Source of the DNA: Candidatus Hydrogenedentota bacterium
GTDB lineage: Bacteria > Hydrogenedentota > Hydrogenedentia > Hydrogenedentales > SLHB01
NCBI GenBank assembly: GCA_034408725.1
Contig: JAWXCN010000213.1
Coordinates: forward strand, 1 to 25,994
Reading direction: 5' to 3'
Length of the DNA: 25,994 nucleotides
Below the pieces are notes generated by a model. The model did no database searches. It saw nothing but the letters and a program-made list of their open reading frames with translations, and had not been told where the DNA came from. Positions 1 to 9,482 of this stretch are shown piece after piece; the first letter of the stretch is position 1; each line of letters begins with the position of its first letter. A program made the translations under genes and the position numbers.

Positions 1-1
1 A

Positions 2-2614
2 TCAGAGACCGAAGCGACCGCGCCGGAGGTTTCTCCTGATCCCGCGCCAACGCCCGTTGCCACGCCCACACCACAAGCTGATTCTGAATTGCCCGCCGAA
101 CCGGCGAAGGAAGAAACGAAAGCGGATCGAAAGAAAGCGCGGCGGCCCAAGTCGTCGCAATCCAATCCTTGGCCCGTGCGGAAGAGCCGCATCCGGCCCG
201 GAGGCGAAGTGCCGCAACCAGACATGACGCCGGGTGCGGCGTCACGTTCGCGCGGCGAACGGCCGGATATTTCCCCGCTCGGAAGCGGGGTCGCGAACGA
301 GACGTCGATTGGACAGGCCGTAACTGAAGGCATTTCAGGCGGCTTGACAGCGGAAGGCGGATTCACCCCGCCTACGAGCGCCGACGAATTTCTCGATGTA
401 ACAGCCGACGAAATGACTCAGAACCCCGATGGTTCGTTGCAGGCGGACGGCAACGTGCGGTTCCGGTTGCTCGGCGCGCCTGATGTCGAATTTGCCGCGG
501 ACCATATCGAATACGATGCGATGACGGGACGTCTGTTCTCGAGCGGCAATGTCGAAATCGTGCAAGGGCCATCGACGGCATTCGCTGATGAAATTACGAC
601 GATAATTTATCCGGGCAGCACTAAGCTGCGAACGCCGCCGCCGCTCACCGGCATGGGCGACTCCGACGACGATCTCACGCGCAAACTGCTCTCGATTGGA
701 AGTCTCGACGCGAAAAATATCGACATCATCGAACCCACGCGACGGCTTCGCGCACAACACATCATCTACGATTTTCAGACGCAGTCCGGCGTGATGTACG
801 ACCTCGAGGGCCAATCGGGCCAAATCCGGTTTGGCGGCGAAGAATTGCAGATGGAAGGCGAGAACAAGGGACAGGGCAAAGACCTCTGGCTCACGACCTG
901 CGATTGCGAGCACGAGTATTACCGCATTCGCGTGCGCGACCTGCAACTCGATGGCGGAGGCGGTGTCCTCGGGAAGGGCGCGCAGCTTGAAATCGGAAAC
1001 ACGAAGACGCCGATCTATTGGCCGCGCTGGGCGTATCAGGGCGGGCCAACGCCAACCGCGGGTTTTGACTTCGACAGCGGCCGCAAGGCGGAGTTGGGCT
1101 ATTACCTGAACGTGGGCCAGCAATTTGCTGTTTCGCCGGAATTCCGTCTGGGTATTCGGCTTTTTCCAACCACAAAAGAAGGCGTCGGCTTTGGTTTTGA
1201 CGGTTCATATAACTACATGGAAACGCCTGCATCCCCGCTGTTCCGCAGCGCGGGCGAGTTCCATGCGCTGTACACGACGAAGGACCGCGGGTATTACGAG
1301 TGGTACCACCGCCAGGAGATCACGCCGCACACGGTGCTGCTTGGAAATTTCGAGCAGTGGGGCGACCGGGAATTTTATAAAGATTTTTATTACGACGAAT
1401 ACAAAGACCGCACGCAACCGCGCACGTTCGTCAATGTCACGCACACGAAGCCGGGTTATATCGCAACGGCCACGGTACGGAAGGCCACGCACGATTTCAT
1501 CAGCGAAACCGAGCGCTTGCCCGAGGTATCGTTCCACCTGCTCGAACGCGAACTATTGCCGCGCGTGTACCTGACCTTTGACACCGTCAACGGCTATAAC
1601 GAACGCGAACCGGACGGCGATACGGCGCTACGCTCGGCAAACGTGGGCCGCATCAGCACGGACATCGAGTTGGGTGACGCGCTCAACATCACGCCGTTCG
1701 TCGAACTTGAGGCCACCTATTATTCGAAAACCCGGAACGGCGGTGAAAGCGACGCGCGTGTCTCCGCCCTGACAGGCGCGACGTTCCAGTCGCGCTTTCA
1801 AAAGGCCTATGGCGGCGCGTGGGGCTTTTCGAGCTTCAAGCATATCGTCGTTCCGTCGCTGACGTTCTCTTATCGCGACGCGCCAACCATGACCGTCGAG
1901 GAAACTCCGCGCTTTGACGCCTATGACAACGTGTATGGCCGCAGCCGCATCGAAAGCAAAATCGACAACATCGTCATGGGCAAGGACGCGGAAACGGGCG
2001 AGACGTGGCAGGTTGCGCGGCTTTCGCTGTACCACGGCGCGGACCTGTGGAACGAAATTCGCGAATCGAACGACTACGAACTCGAGATCGATCTGCGCCC
2101 GCGCTCCTGGTGGGGCTTGCAAACAATTGCCGAGCATCACAGCACCGAGGACGAAGGCGACATCGATATCGAAGACCCGTTCATCGTTCAGCGCGGATTG
2201 ATCGAGTTGTACGAGCGCGTGCTGGATCGACCTTTCGATCCCGAAACCGCCGACAAGTACAACACCCGGTACGGCGACTATGATCGCATGCTCGCGTTTT
2301 TCTACTACGACAACCGCGACATCGGAGGCAATGTCAACGGGCGCGTCGGTTTCGCATACACGAAAACTCAGGAAGAAGTGTTCAACCGCGAAATACTCTA
2401 TGGGCTTGGCTACCGCATCAACGACAAGTGGTCGGTCGCGTTTGAGCACCGCTACGACCTCGAACGCGGCGAGCTCTATCGCCAGAAGTACGAAGTCCGC
2501 CGGGTCATGAACTGCCTCGAAGGCGCCCTCCTCATCAACGAGCGCGAATCCGGCTGGGACTTCGGCGTTGAATTCAGCGTCACAGGAATCCCGGGGACCC
2601 GGATTCGGTTCTAG
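2..2614 (+). CDS. lptD: LPS-assembly protein LptD/OstA-like outer-membrane beta-barrel (5' end lies outside the window)
   Basis: The frame is open from position 2 (SETEATAPEVSPDPAPTP...), so the 89 start is only the first start codon in the window. OstA-like beta-jellyroll segments (ADGNVRF, ADHIEYD, SGNVEIVQG), an LptD-type 'LTTCD' motif, an aromatic-rich amphipathic barrel, a late Cys (VMNCLE) and a C-terminal Phe. Confidence 0.8.
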   Translation, partial: SETEATAPEVSPDPAPTPVATPTPQADSELPAEPAKEETKADRKKARRPKSSQSNPWPVRKSRIRPGGEVPQPDMTPGAASRSRGERPDISPLGSGVANETSIGQAVTEGISGGLTAEGGFTPPTSADEFLDVTADEMTQNPDGSLQADGNVRFRLLGAPDVEFAADHIEYDAMTGRLFSSGNVEIVQGPSTAFADEITTIIYPGSTKLRTPPPLTGMGDSDDDLTRKLLSIGSLDAKNIDIIEPTRRLRAQHIIYDFQTQSGVMYDLEGQSGQIRFGGEELQMEGENKGQGKDLWLTTCDCEHEYYRIRVRDLQLDGGGGVLGKGAQLEIGNTKTPIYWPRWAYQGGPTPTAGFDFDSGRKAELGYYLNVGQQFAVSPEFRLGIRLFPTTKEGVGFGFDGSYNYMETPASPLFRSAGEFHALYTTKDRGYYEWYHRQEITPHTVLLGNFEQWGDREFYKDFYYDEYKDRTQPRTFVNVTHTKPGYIATATVRKATHDFISETERLPEVSFHLLERELLPRVYLTFDTVNGYNEREPDGDTALRSANVGRISTDIELGDALNITPFVELEATYYSKTRNGGESDARVSALTGATFQSRFQKAYGGAWGFSSFKHIVVPSLTFSYRDAPTMTVEETPRFDAYDNVYGRSRIESKIDNIVMGKDAETGETWQVARLSLYHGADLWNEIRESNDYELEIDLRPRSWWGLQTIAEHHSTEDEGDIDIEDPFIVQRGLIELYERVLDRPFDPETADKYNTRYGDYDRMLAFFYYDNRDIGGNVNGRVGFAYTKTQEEVFNREILYGLGYRINDKWSVAFEHRYDLERGELYRQKYEVRRVMNCLEGALLINERESGWDFGVEFSVTGIPGTRIRF

Positions 2615-2629
2615 GGCGGCGGCGCATTC

Positions 2630-3691
2630 TTACGCGTACCGCTCGCGAAGCCGCCGGGCGGCTTCGGCTTCGTTCGACAATTTTGCGTAGGCTTCATCGA
2701 TAGGAATGTCGGCGGCGTTGCCGGGAGCAAATCCGCAATCGGGGTTGAGCAGAATGCGCTCGGGAGGAAGGTGCTTCAAGGCTTTCTCGACGCGAGCCAC
2801 GATAGTATCCACGGAATCGATCGTTTCGCCGCGGCAATCGACGCAGCCCAAACCAATCATGGAATTCTCCGGAAGCTCTTGTAACACGCTAAGCTCACCG
2901 GCTACGGGAATCGTAAACTCCATGACAAACTGGTCCACCCGCAGTTTTTTCAACGCGCCCAGGATTGGACCGTATCCACCTTCGCCGACCCAGCCTGCGC
3001 GCGCTTTGTTACGCCGGCACAGGTGTATGGCGGTATGCACGCCAGTGACGCCTTCGAGAATAGCGTTCAACAGATCGACGCACAGATCAATCTCGCGCTC
3101 GGGACTCGCGTATTCCGCGCGGATGCGCTGATCAACAAACAGGCACAAATGCGGATCATCAAATTGCACGATGTCCGCGCCCGCATCCCGCAACGCGATT
3201 AACTCGGCGCGCAACACCGGCACGAGCGCTTCCATGAAGGCCACGCGCGTGGGATATGCGCCGCGCGAATTTTCTTCGGACCACATGCGTTGCCCAAGCA
3301 AATAGGGCGATGGAAGCGCCACTTTTATCAGGCGGTCGGTGCGCGCGCGGAGATAGGCCGCTTCTTTTGCGGCGAGACCTGGGCGCGTATGTTCGATGGG
3401 AGCGACGACGGAATGCCACCACACGCCGAACTTGCGTTCGAGAAGGAACCCGTCGCACACGTCCGCGATGATGCCGATATACGCCCGTCTGCGGTATTCG
3501 CCATCCGACACAATATCCAAACCCGCCATTTCCTGCAGCGCGAGGATGTGATCAATCGCGGCGTTCATGTGACGATCAAAGACGGCGGGGTCCTTCGGCG
3601 CTTTATCGGGATCGAGCAGGTCACGAACATACTGCGAGCGCGGCATGCTGCCGACCACGCCGGCCGCGAATTTTGGTATCGTGCTGCTCAT
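2630..3691 (-). CDS. Cobalamin-independent methionine synthase II family (single-barrel MetE-like, Zn thiol-alkyltransferase)
   Basis: VVGSMPR, Q..AGLDIVSDGEYRR, VQFDDP, Zn ligands HLC (HLCRRN) and NPDCGF. ATG at 3691 overlaps the upstream stop (ATGA) and has GAGGAG upstream. Confidence 0.85.
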   Translation of the reverse strand: MSSTIPKFAAGVVGSMPRSQYVRDLLDPDKAPKDPAVFDRHMNAAIDHILALQEMAGLDIVSDGEYRRRAYIGIIADVCDGFLLERKFGVWWHSVVAPIEHTRPGLAAKEAAYLRARTDRLIKVALPSPYLLGQRMWSEENSRGAYPTRVAFMEALVPVLRAELIALRDAGADIVQFDDPHLCLFVDQRIRAEYASPEREIDLCVDLLNAILEGVTGVHTAIHLCRRNKARAGWVGEGGYGPILGALKKLRVDQFVMEFTIPVAGELSVLQELPENSMIGLGCVDCRGETIDSVDTIVARVEKALKHLPPERILLNPDCGFAPGNAADIPIDEAYAKLSNEAEAARRLRERYA

Positions 3692-4443
3692 ATGCCCCAC
3701 TCCTCGCGCGCAATCTTGAAATCCTGGTTCGTATCTATTTCCATATACCCCCCCGGTGTTGCCAACGCGTGAAACGCTTCGCCTGCTTCGATCATGTGTT
3801 GAAACAGGTCAATGAGATAAGCTTTGCGAAACGTCTTTGCGGCCAGAAACGGGCCATCGCCATATTTCGCGCGGGCATCCTCATAGTATTTTCTTATCGC
3901 CGCTGCGCCGCGCGGGGTGAACCGCGCCACGCCGATGTATTCGCCGTGCGCCGCTTCGGAGGGCATCGTGCGATTGATCGCGGCAACGCGGGCGCTGCCG
4001 TTCACGGCGATCTTCTCGCCATCGTCTTCCGGATGTTCCGTGCGCTGCACGTATCGCGCGCGCCAATCCGTGTCGCTCACGAGCGTCATGTCGTGCGGAC
4101 TCGTGACCAGTTGCTGAATAATTTCGGGCGTGTAGAGGATGTCGCTATACGCGCAAACAAACCCATCGTCCATGTGGTCCGCGGCGTGCATGAGCGATTC
4201 GAGGATATTGTTGTTGGCCCAGTCCGCGTTGTGACAAAAAGTAAAATGCGGATAGTTCTCGCGCACCATTTCAATGCGGTATCCGCCAATGAACACGAAG
4301 TCGTCAAGCCCGGCGGACGCCAGGGCTTCAATGCCCCAATCCAGGATGCGTTTACCCTGCACCTCCGCAAAACATTTTGGCGCGTCGGCGGTGTGTGGCA
4401 TGAGGCGTTGCCCGCGGCCCGCGCCGATGATCACAGCTTTCAT
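3688..4443 (-). CDS. Nucleotidyltransferase, phosphocholine cytidylyltransferase (LicC/PntC)-like family
   Basis: N-terminal GAGRGQRL...PK motif, plus YSDILY, GEYIGV and EIDTNQD. RBS AAGGAGG. Confidence 0.8.
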   Translation of the reverse strand: MKAVIIGAGRGQRLMPHTADAPKCFAEVQGKRILDWGIEALASAGLDDFVFIGGYRIEMVRENYPHFTFCHNADWANNNILESLMHAADHMDDGFVCAYSDILYTPEIIQQLVTSPHDMTLVSDTDWRARYVQRTEHPEDDGEKIAVNGSARVAAINRTMPSEAAHGEYIGVARFTPRGAAAIRKYYEDARAKYGDGPFLAAKTFRKAYLIDLFQHMIEAGEAFHALATPGGYMEIDTNQDFKIAREEWGI

Positions 4444-4472
4444 TTGTTCCCCTCCTTCGAAAACGCGCTTTG

Positions 4473-5681
4473 TTACCGTCCGCGAAGCGCGACGACCCGA
4501 TCCAGAATGCGCTCGGCGACTTCATCTTTCGTGAGCAGGGGCAACGTTTCGACGTCGCCGCTACCGCTAATCAAGGTCGCTCGCGACGTGTCCTTTCCAA
4601 AACCGGATTCGCTCGTATTGACTTCATTCGCGACGATGAGATCGAGGTGTTTTTTTTTCAGTTTTGTTTGCGCATTGGCGATCAAGTCGTCGGTTTCCGC
4701 CGCGAATCCGACGAGAATCTGGCCCCGCTTTTTCACCGCGCTCACCAAGCCAATCACGTCGGGATTCTCAACCAGGACCAGGTCCATTGTTTTTCCCGAT
4801 TTCTTTCGTTTGGAATCGGCGGGGTTTTCGACGCGATAGTCAGAAACCGCGGCCGCGCCAATGAACACGTCGGCGTCCTGCGCAAGGTTCACGACAGTTT
4901 CGGCCATGTAGGCCGCAGACTCCACCGGAATCACGAGCGCCCCTTCCGGCAGTGGCGTATCGCAAGGTCCGGTGATGACGGTCACGTCCGCTCCACGCGC
5001 AAGCGCTTCGATCGCCAACGCGCGGCCCATCTTTCCACTCGAGCGGTTGCCAATATAGCGCACGGGATCGATGGGCTCGTGGGTGCCGCCGCTGGTGATA
5101 ACGATACGCACGCCGCGAAGGTCGCGCCGTTCGCTCACGAGTGGCAGGCTCGCTTCGAGTATTTTCATGGGTTCGATTAGGCGTCCAGAACCGACCGTGC
5201 GGCACGCAAGACGGCCCGCGTCGGGCCCAACGAAATGCACGCCGCGCCGTTTCAACGTCTGCATGTTTTCCTGCGTCGCGGGGTGGTCGTACATATTCGA
5301 ATTCATCGCGGGCGCGATGAGGATGGGGGCGCGTGTCGCCAGCAGGGTCGTGGTAAGCCAGTCATCCGCGAGACCGTGCGCCGCCTTCGCAATGAAGTTT
5401 GCGGTAGCCGGCGCGATGACGTAGAGGTGCGCGCGCAACGCGACGGCGATGTGCTCGACCTCGGGGTTCTGAAGCGGCTCAAACATGCGCGTGATCGCGC
5501 GGCGCCCGCAGATCGCTTCAAACGTGGCCGGGCCGACCAGTTCGCACGCGGACTGCGTCAGCACCGGCGTAACGAGCGCACCGTACTCGACGAAGCGTGA
5601 CGCGAGATCGCACGCCTTATACGCGGCGATGGACCCCGTCACGCCCAGCACGATTTCCCTATTCGATAAAATCCTCTTCAT
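4473..5681 (-). CDS. coaBC: Bifunctional phosphopantothenoylcysteine decarboxylase / phosphopantothenate-cysteine ligase
   Basis: LGVTGSIAAYKA, APATANFIAK, PAMNSNM, GGTHEPIDPVRYIGNRSSGKMG, GFAAET. Follows gmk-rpoZ. Start at ATG 5681 (MKRIL) is inferred. Confidence 0.97.
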   Translation of the reverse strand: MKRILSNREIVLGVTGSIAAYKACDLASRFVEYGALVTPVLTQSACELVGPATFEAICGRRAITRMFEPLQNPEVEHIAVALRAHLYVIAPATANFIAKAAHGLADDWLTTTLLATRAPILIAPAMNSNMYDHPATQENMQTLKRRGVHFVGPDAGRLACRTVGSGRLIEPMKILEASLPLVSERRDLRGVRIVITSGGTHEPIDPVRYIGNRSSGKMGRALAIEALARGADVTVITGPCDTPLPEGALVIPVESAAYMAETVVNLAQDADVFIGAAAVSDYRVENPADSKRKKSGKTMDLVLVENPDVIGLVSAVKKRGQILVGFAAETDDLIANAQTKLKKKHLDLIVANEVNTSESGFGKDTSRATLISGSGDVETLPLLTKDEVAERILDRVVALRGR

Positions 5682-5880
5682 CGCCCGTACCAATCCGCGC
5701 TTTGACCTTGCCGCTCAGGACCTCTTCAAGCGCAACCAGCGTCGGTTTGCGCGACCGCACCGGGACCAGGGGGCGCGAATCGGGCTTGGAAATCTGCGTG
5801 GCCCGTTTCGCAGCCAGGATTACAAGCCGGTACAGGCTGTCGATTTTGCCTTCAAACTGCTCCACCGAAATGTTGCTCAT
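5659..5880 (-). CDS. rpoZ: RNA polymerase omega subunit
   Basis: SLYRLVILAAKRATQI and KPTLVALEEV; conserved position between gmk and coaBC. Confidence 0.93.
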   Translation of the reverse strand: MSNISVEQFEGKIDSLYRLVILAAKRATQISKPDSRPLVPVRSRKPTLVALEEVLSGKVKARIGTGDEEDFIE

Positions 5881-6488
5881 CAGGTGCTCGTCTCCTTTGT
5901 GCCACCGTGGTCCGCGCGTTCCCGCGCGGCACGGATGATGCCTTTCAGTTCTTCCACCGCCTCGCGAATGTCGACATTCACGATGACGTGGTCGTATTCA
6001 TCTTTCGCGGCGATTTCGTCACGCGCATTTTTCAGGCGCAACGCAATCACGTCGTCGCTGTCGGTCCCGCGCGACCGCAGCCGCTGTTCGAGCTCCTCGA
6101 GCGATGGCGCCATGATGAATACCGACACCATGTCCAGGCCGAGGCGTCTCATGTTGCGCATGCCCTGTACATCCAACTCGAGCAGCACGTCTTTGCCAGA
6201 CTCGATAGCGCGATCCAACTCGCTCCTCAAGGTGCCGTAGAGATTGCCGTGTACCTCCGCCCATTCGGCGAAACCGCCCGTGCTCACTCTCTTCTCGAAA
6301 GTCTCCCGATCTAAAAAATGGTAGTCGCGACCGTTCAACTCGCCCGCGCGCGGGGGGCGTGTCGTGGCCGAAATCGAATACCCAAGCCGCGCATCCCCGC
6401 TGAGGACACGCTTCAGCACCGTGTGCTTGCCCGCGCCCGAAGGCGCCGACACGACAAACACGCGCCCGGGCGATGCAGCCTGTTCCAC
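5880..6488 (-). CDS. gmk: Guanylate kinase
   Basis: SAPSGAGK P-loop, SATTRPPRAGE, GRDYHF, EWAEVHGNLYGT, DVQG. Confidence 0.97.
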   Translation of the reverse strand: MEQAASPGRVFVVSAPSGAGKHTVLKRVLSGDARLGYSISATTRPPRAGELNGRDYHFLDRETFEKRVSTGGFAEWAEVHGNLYGTLRSELDRAIESGKDVLLELDVQGMRNMRRLGLDMVSVFIMAPSLEELEQRLRSRGTDSDDVIALRLKNARDEIAAKDEYDHVIVNVDIREAVEELKGIIRAARERADHGGTKETST

Positions 6489-6511
6489 TGCTGTGTCCTC
6501 CCGGCCGGCGC

Positions 6512-7390
6512 CTATTCAATATTCTGAATCTGTTCACGCATTTTTTCGACCTCGGACTTGAGGCCGATGACCGCCTTGGCCACGTTTGCGTCGCGGGTCT
6601 TCACGCCAAGCGTGTTCACCTCGCGGTGGACCTCTTGCGTCAGAAAGTCGAGTTTGCGTCCCGCCGGCTCCTTTGAACCCAAAATCTCTTCGAGGTGATC
6701 AAGATGCGCTTTCAAACGCACGATCTCCTCGGTCACATCGCTCTTTTCGGCCATCAGCGCGACTTCGATCGCCATCCGCTCTTCGGTGATCGAAGTTTCC
6801 GTTCGCAGTTCGTTGATGCGCGTGCGCAACCGTTCTTCGTAAAGCGTGTTCAGTTCGGGAAGGCGTGTCTCGATTTCTGCCACGCTCTCTCGAATGAGTT
6901 TGATGCGCAGCAACACGTCAGCGGCCAGCGCCTTCCCCTCGTTCGCGCGCATCGCGTCGAGTTTTGATAGCGCTTCCTCGGTAATCCGCACCAGCACCGG
7001 CTCGACCGCGCTCAGGTCTTCATCGGCCTCTTCGTGGTAGAGCACGCCTTCGAGCTGTGCGAGCACACTCAAAGGCAGTGTTTCGTAACTTCCGATCATC
7101 GAAGCGAGTTCTTTGGATGCGTCCAGATACTGTTGCGCAATACCCTGGTCAAACTTGACCGATTTGGCTGACGACATTGTGCGCTTTCGATTCACCGTGA
7201 CGGTTAACTTACCGCGCTGAATGTGTTTACGGACCGTCTGCTTGAGGATTGGGTCCAACGCGCTCCACGCCGGCGGCATCCGCAGGTTGCAGTCCAGGTA
7301 CCGGCTATTCACGGCGCTCACTTCGACGGTTACGGTCTGCCCGTCGTATTCGCCCGCCGCCTTGCCAAAGCCCGTCATGCTACGGGTCAT
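6512..7390 (-). CDS. yicC: YicC/YloC family endoribonuclease
   Basis: N-terminal RSMTGFG, SAVNSRYLD, DVTEEIVRL, GRKLDFLTQEVHREVNT, C-terminal REQIQNIE. ATG at 7390. Confidence 0.95.
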   Translation of the reverse strand: MTRSMTGFGKAAGEYDGQTVTVEVSAVNSRYLDCNLRMPPAWSALDPILKQTVRKHIQRGKLTVTVNRKRTMSSAKSVKFDQGIAQQYLDASKELASMIGSYETLPLSVLAQLEGVLYHEEADEDLSAVEPVLVRITEEALSKLDAMRANEGKALAADVLLRIKLIRESVAEIETRLPELNTLYEERLRTRINELRTETSITEERMAIEVALMAEKSDVTEEIVRLKAHLDHLEEILGSKEPAGRKLDFLTQEVHREVNTLGVKTRDANVAKAVIGLKSEVEKMREQIQNIE

Positions 7391-7438
7391 AAAGATACCT
7401 GCACCTCCCAAGGATTTGCGCCCGCCCAAGATCGGGGT

Positions 7439-7468
7439 AGTTTACCGCAAAACGCTGGAATAAGGCAA
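7439..7468 (-). promoter_or_regulatory. Putative sigma70 promoter of the yicC-gmk-rpoZ-coaBC operon
   Basis: Minus strand TTGCCT-N18-TAAACT, about 50 nt upstream of the yicC ATG. Confidence 0.45.
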
Positions 7469-7600
7469 CTTAGGCGGGGGCTACTTTAGGGTGGAGCGTG
7501 GAATTCTGATTTTGCGGTATTCTCTGAGCGGTTCGTGGTGTACCCGATGAACTCTTGAATCCTCGCACGAAAGCCTGATGAACAGGGAGGTCTGATACCT

Positions 7601-7840
7601 TCAGAGTGTCAAGGGAACTGTCGTCGAAACCCCCGAGGCTTGATTGACTACCAGAAGTGCCTTTAGATGGTCTGCGTTGAGCTGCTCATTTGCGTTCAAG
7701 AGCTCAATCCCATAAACGCTTCCATCCTCCGCAATGTCCACATTCAATTCTTCGCTCACTTGGATTGTGGCTACCTGTTCGGGCTTTTCGCGAAAACAGA
7801 TGTAAGCTATGTCGTGCTCGGGATCGTACGTCAATTTCAT
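7601..7840 (-). CDS. DUF2283 family protein (putative antitoxin)
   Basis: MKLTYDPEHDIAYI...LNVDIAEDGSVYGIELLNA fits the DUF2283 pattern; paired with the upstream DUF4258-like ORF. Alternative start at 7855. Confidence 0.8.
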   Translation of the reverse strand: MKLTYDPEHDIAYICFREKPEQVATIQVSEELNVDIAEDGSVYGIELLNANEQLNADHLKALLVVNQASGVSTTVPLTL

Positions 7841-7867
7841 ATTTCCAAACTCCACGGAGCATTCGGC

Positions 7868-8125
7868 TCAAAAATATCTGGCGATCACCGTAATTGCCAA
7901 GAATCCGCCATCGAAAGGGGCCGCAATAACAGTGATTTCCTTCTCCGGATAGTAAACCTTATTCCACAAGCTATTATACGCGAACACCTTTCGAAATTTG
8001 TTTCTTCCACGCCTGGCAGGGTTTGAGATTCCAGATACGACAGTTTCAACGATTTCCTCCTCGATCACTCCACGCTCCAACATCCGCACACGGCAGTGTG
8101 GGTGAATTTCTACCCGCAACGACAT
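7868..8125 (-). CDS. DUF4258 family protein (putative RelE-fold toxin)
   Basis: HPHCRVRMLERGVIEEEIVETV...LAITV pattern. About 43% GC in a hand-counted 120-nt sample. ATG lies 1 nt after the dehydrogenase stop. Confidence 0.72.
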   Translation of the reverse strand: MSLRVEIHPHCRVRMLERGVIEEEIVETVVSGISNPARRGRNKFRKVFAYNSLWNKVYYPEKEITVIAAPFDGGFLAITVIARYF

Positions 8126-8126
8126 A

Positions 8127-9164
8127 CTACGGCGCAATCACTACGCGCATGCCGCTTCTACCTTCCGCGGCGGCAAATGCCTCGGGCGCCTTGTCCAATG
8201 GAAACCGATGGGAAATGTATTGCTTGACGTTGATCACGCCGTCGGCAATCAAATCCACTGCTTTCTGGTGATGACGAGGCATGCAGCCATGCGAGCCGCA
8301 GACGAACAGTTCTTTGTAGTGAATGAGATTCGTATCGATAGGAACGATGGAGTTATCCTTGGCGAGGCCGCCAAAAAAATTTATCCAGGCCCGGTTCTTC
8401 GCCATTTGCAGCGCCTGTTGTTGCGCTTCGGGTGATGAATTGGCCGTAATAATAACATCCGCGCCAAGGCCGCGTGTCTCCTCTTTCACGCGAGCGACGG
8501 CGTCTTCTTCGGACGAACAGATGTAGACGTTCGCGCCGAATTTCCGCGCGAGTTCCAACCTCGGGCGCGACCGCTGCACCACGATCACCTTCGCCGCGCC
8601 CATCTTCTTCGCAACTTCGATAATCATGCAGCCGATGGGCCCTGCGCCGATGATCACGACCGAATCCCCAAATTTTACCGGCGAAATCTCGAGCGCGTTG
8701 AGCACGCACCCCAGTGGCTCGGCCAGCGCGGCTTCTTCCAGCGACACGTGATCCGGCACCTTGTGTACCGGTCCGTAGTTCACGACCATGCGATTCAGCT
8801 TGACGTATTCCGCGAAGCTGCCGGGAAACTGGTAGCCCATCGCATAGTTAATCTGGCAGTTGTTGCCGATGCCCGCTTCACAAAACACACACTCTCCGCA
8901 GGGAACGTCGCCGCCAAGGGCGACACGATCGCCCACTTGGAACTTGGTGATCAGTTTACCCACCGCCGCAACCGTGCCCGCCGCCTCATGCCCCATGATA
9001 GCCGGTGGCGCAAGCCGTGGACTTCCGTGGTGAAACATGCGGATGTCCGACCCGCACACCGCGCACGCAGCCACTTGCACCAATACTTCGTCATCGGCTA
9101 TTTCCGGAGTCGGGACTTCTTTTACAGTGAGCGTTTCAAGTGCTTCGAGAACTGCCGCTTTCAT
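8127..9164 (-). CDS. Zn-dependent medium-chain dehydrogenase (sorbitol/threonine dehydrogenase-like)
   Basis: VCGSD, GHE, structural Zn motif CGECVFC...NC, EPLGC, Rossmann GAGPIG. RBS AGGA. Confidence 0.92.
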   Translation of the reverse strand: MKAAVLEALETLTVKEVPTPEIADDEVLVQVAACAVCGSDIRMFHHGSPRLAPPAIMGHEAAGTVAAVGKLITKFQVGDRVALGGDVPCGECVFCEAGIGNNCQINYAMGYQFPGSFAEYVKLNRMVVNYGPVHKVPDHVSLEEAALAEPLGCVLNALEISPVKFGDSVVIIGAGPIGCMIIEVAKKMGAAKVIVVQRSRPRLELARKFGANVYICSSEEDAVARVKEETRGLGADVIITANSSPEAQQQALQMAKNRAWINFFGGLAKDNSIVPIDTNLIHYKELFVCGSHGCMPRHHQKAVDLIADGVINVKQYISHRFPLDKAPEAFAAAEGRSGMRVVIAP

Positions 9165-9245
9165 GTTGTTCCTTTCCTACGCAAGGGCGGGATCATTGCA
9201 CGCGTGGATACGCTGGCGCAACGAATAAACAGTTTCCCAATTTGG

Positions 9246-9254
9246 TGCTATAAT
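9246..9254 (+). promoter_or_regulatory. Extended -10 promoter (TGnTATAAT) of the antitoxin-toxin pair
   Basis: Perfect TG-C-TATAAT, followed by the RBS GAGGAGG (9261-9267) and ATG at 9276. Confidence 0.7.
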
Positions 9255-9275
9255 CGCCATGAGGAGGCAGGGCTA

Positions 9276-9482
9276 ATGCTACCGACACGATTGGATGATG
9301 AACTGAAGCAGGCGATTAAGGACGCTGTTGCCGAGGTATTCGATGAGAAAGCTGGCCTTTTGCGTTCGATCGTCGAAGACGTCGTCGAGGATATCGCTTT
9401 GGGCCGCGCAATGGACGAAGGAGCAACGTCTCCTGCCGTTTCCCGTGACGAAGTGATGGCTGCCCTTGAGGGAAGCGAGTGA
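9276..9482 (+). CDS. Small acidic antitoxin (68 aa) partnering a RelE/ParE toxin
   Basis: MLPTRLDDELKQAIKDAVAEVF...EDIALGRAMDEG...VSRDEV. Strong RBS; stop overlaps the toxin start (GTGA). Confidence 0.75.
   Translation: MLPTRLDDELKQAIKDAVAEVFDEKAGLLRSIVEDVVEDIALGRAMDEGATSPAVSRDEVMAALEGSE

Noticed and set aside
3673-5600. Long antisense ORFs (e.g. 3673..4839, 4470..5180; also 11610..12590, 16088..17017)
   Set aside because: Shadow ORFs opposite well-supported genes in high-GC DNA, with no recognisable motifs.
8748-9275. 244-aa plus-strand ORF 8748..9482
   Set aside because: The N-terminal part is antisense to the dehydrogenase; only 9276-9482 has a promoter, RBS and family resemblance.
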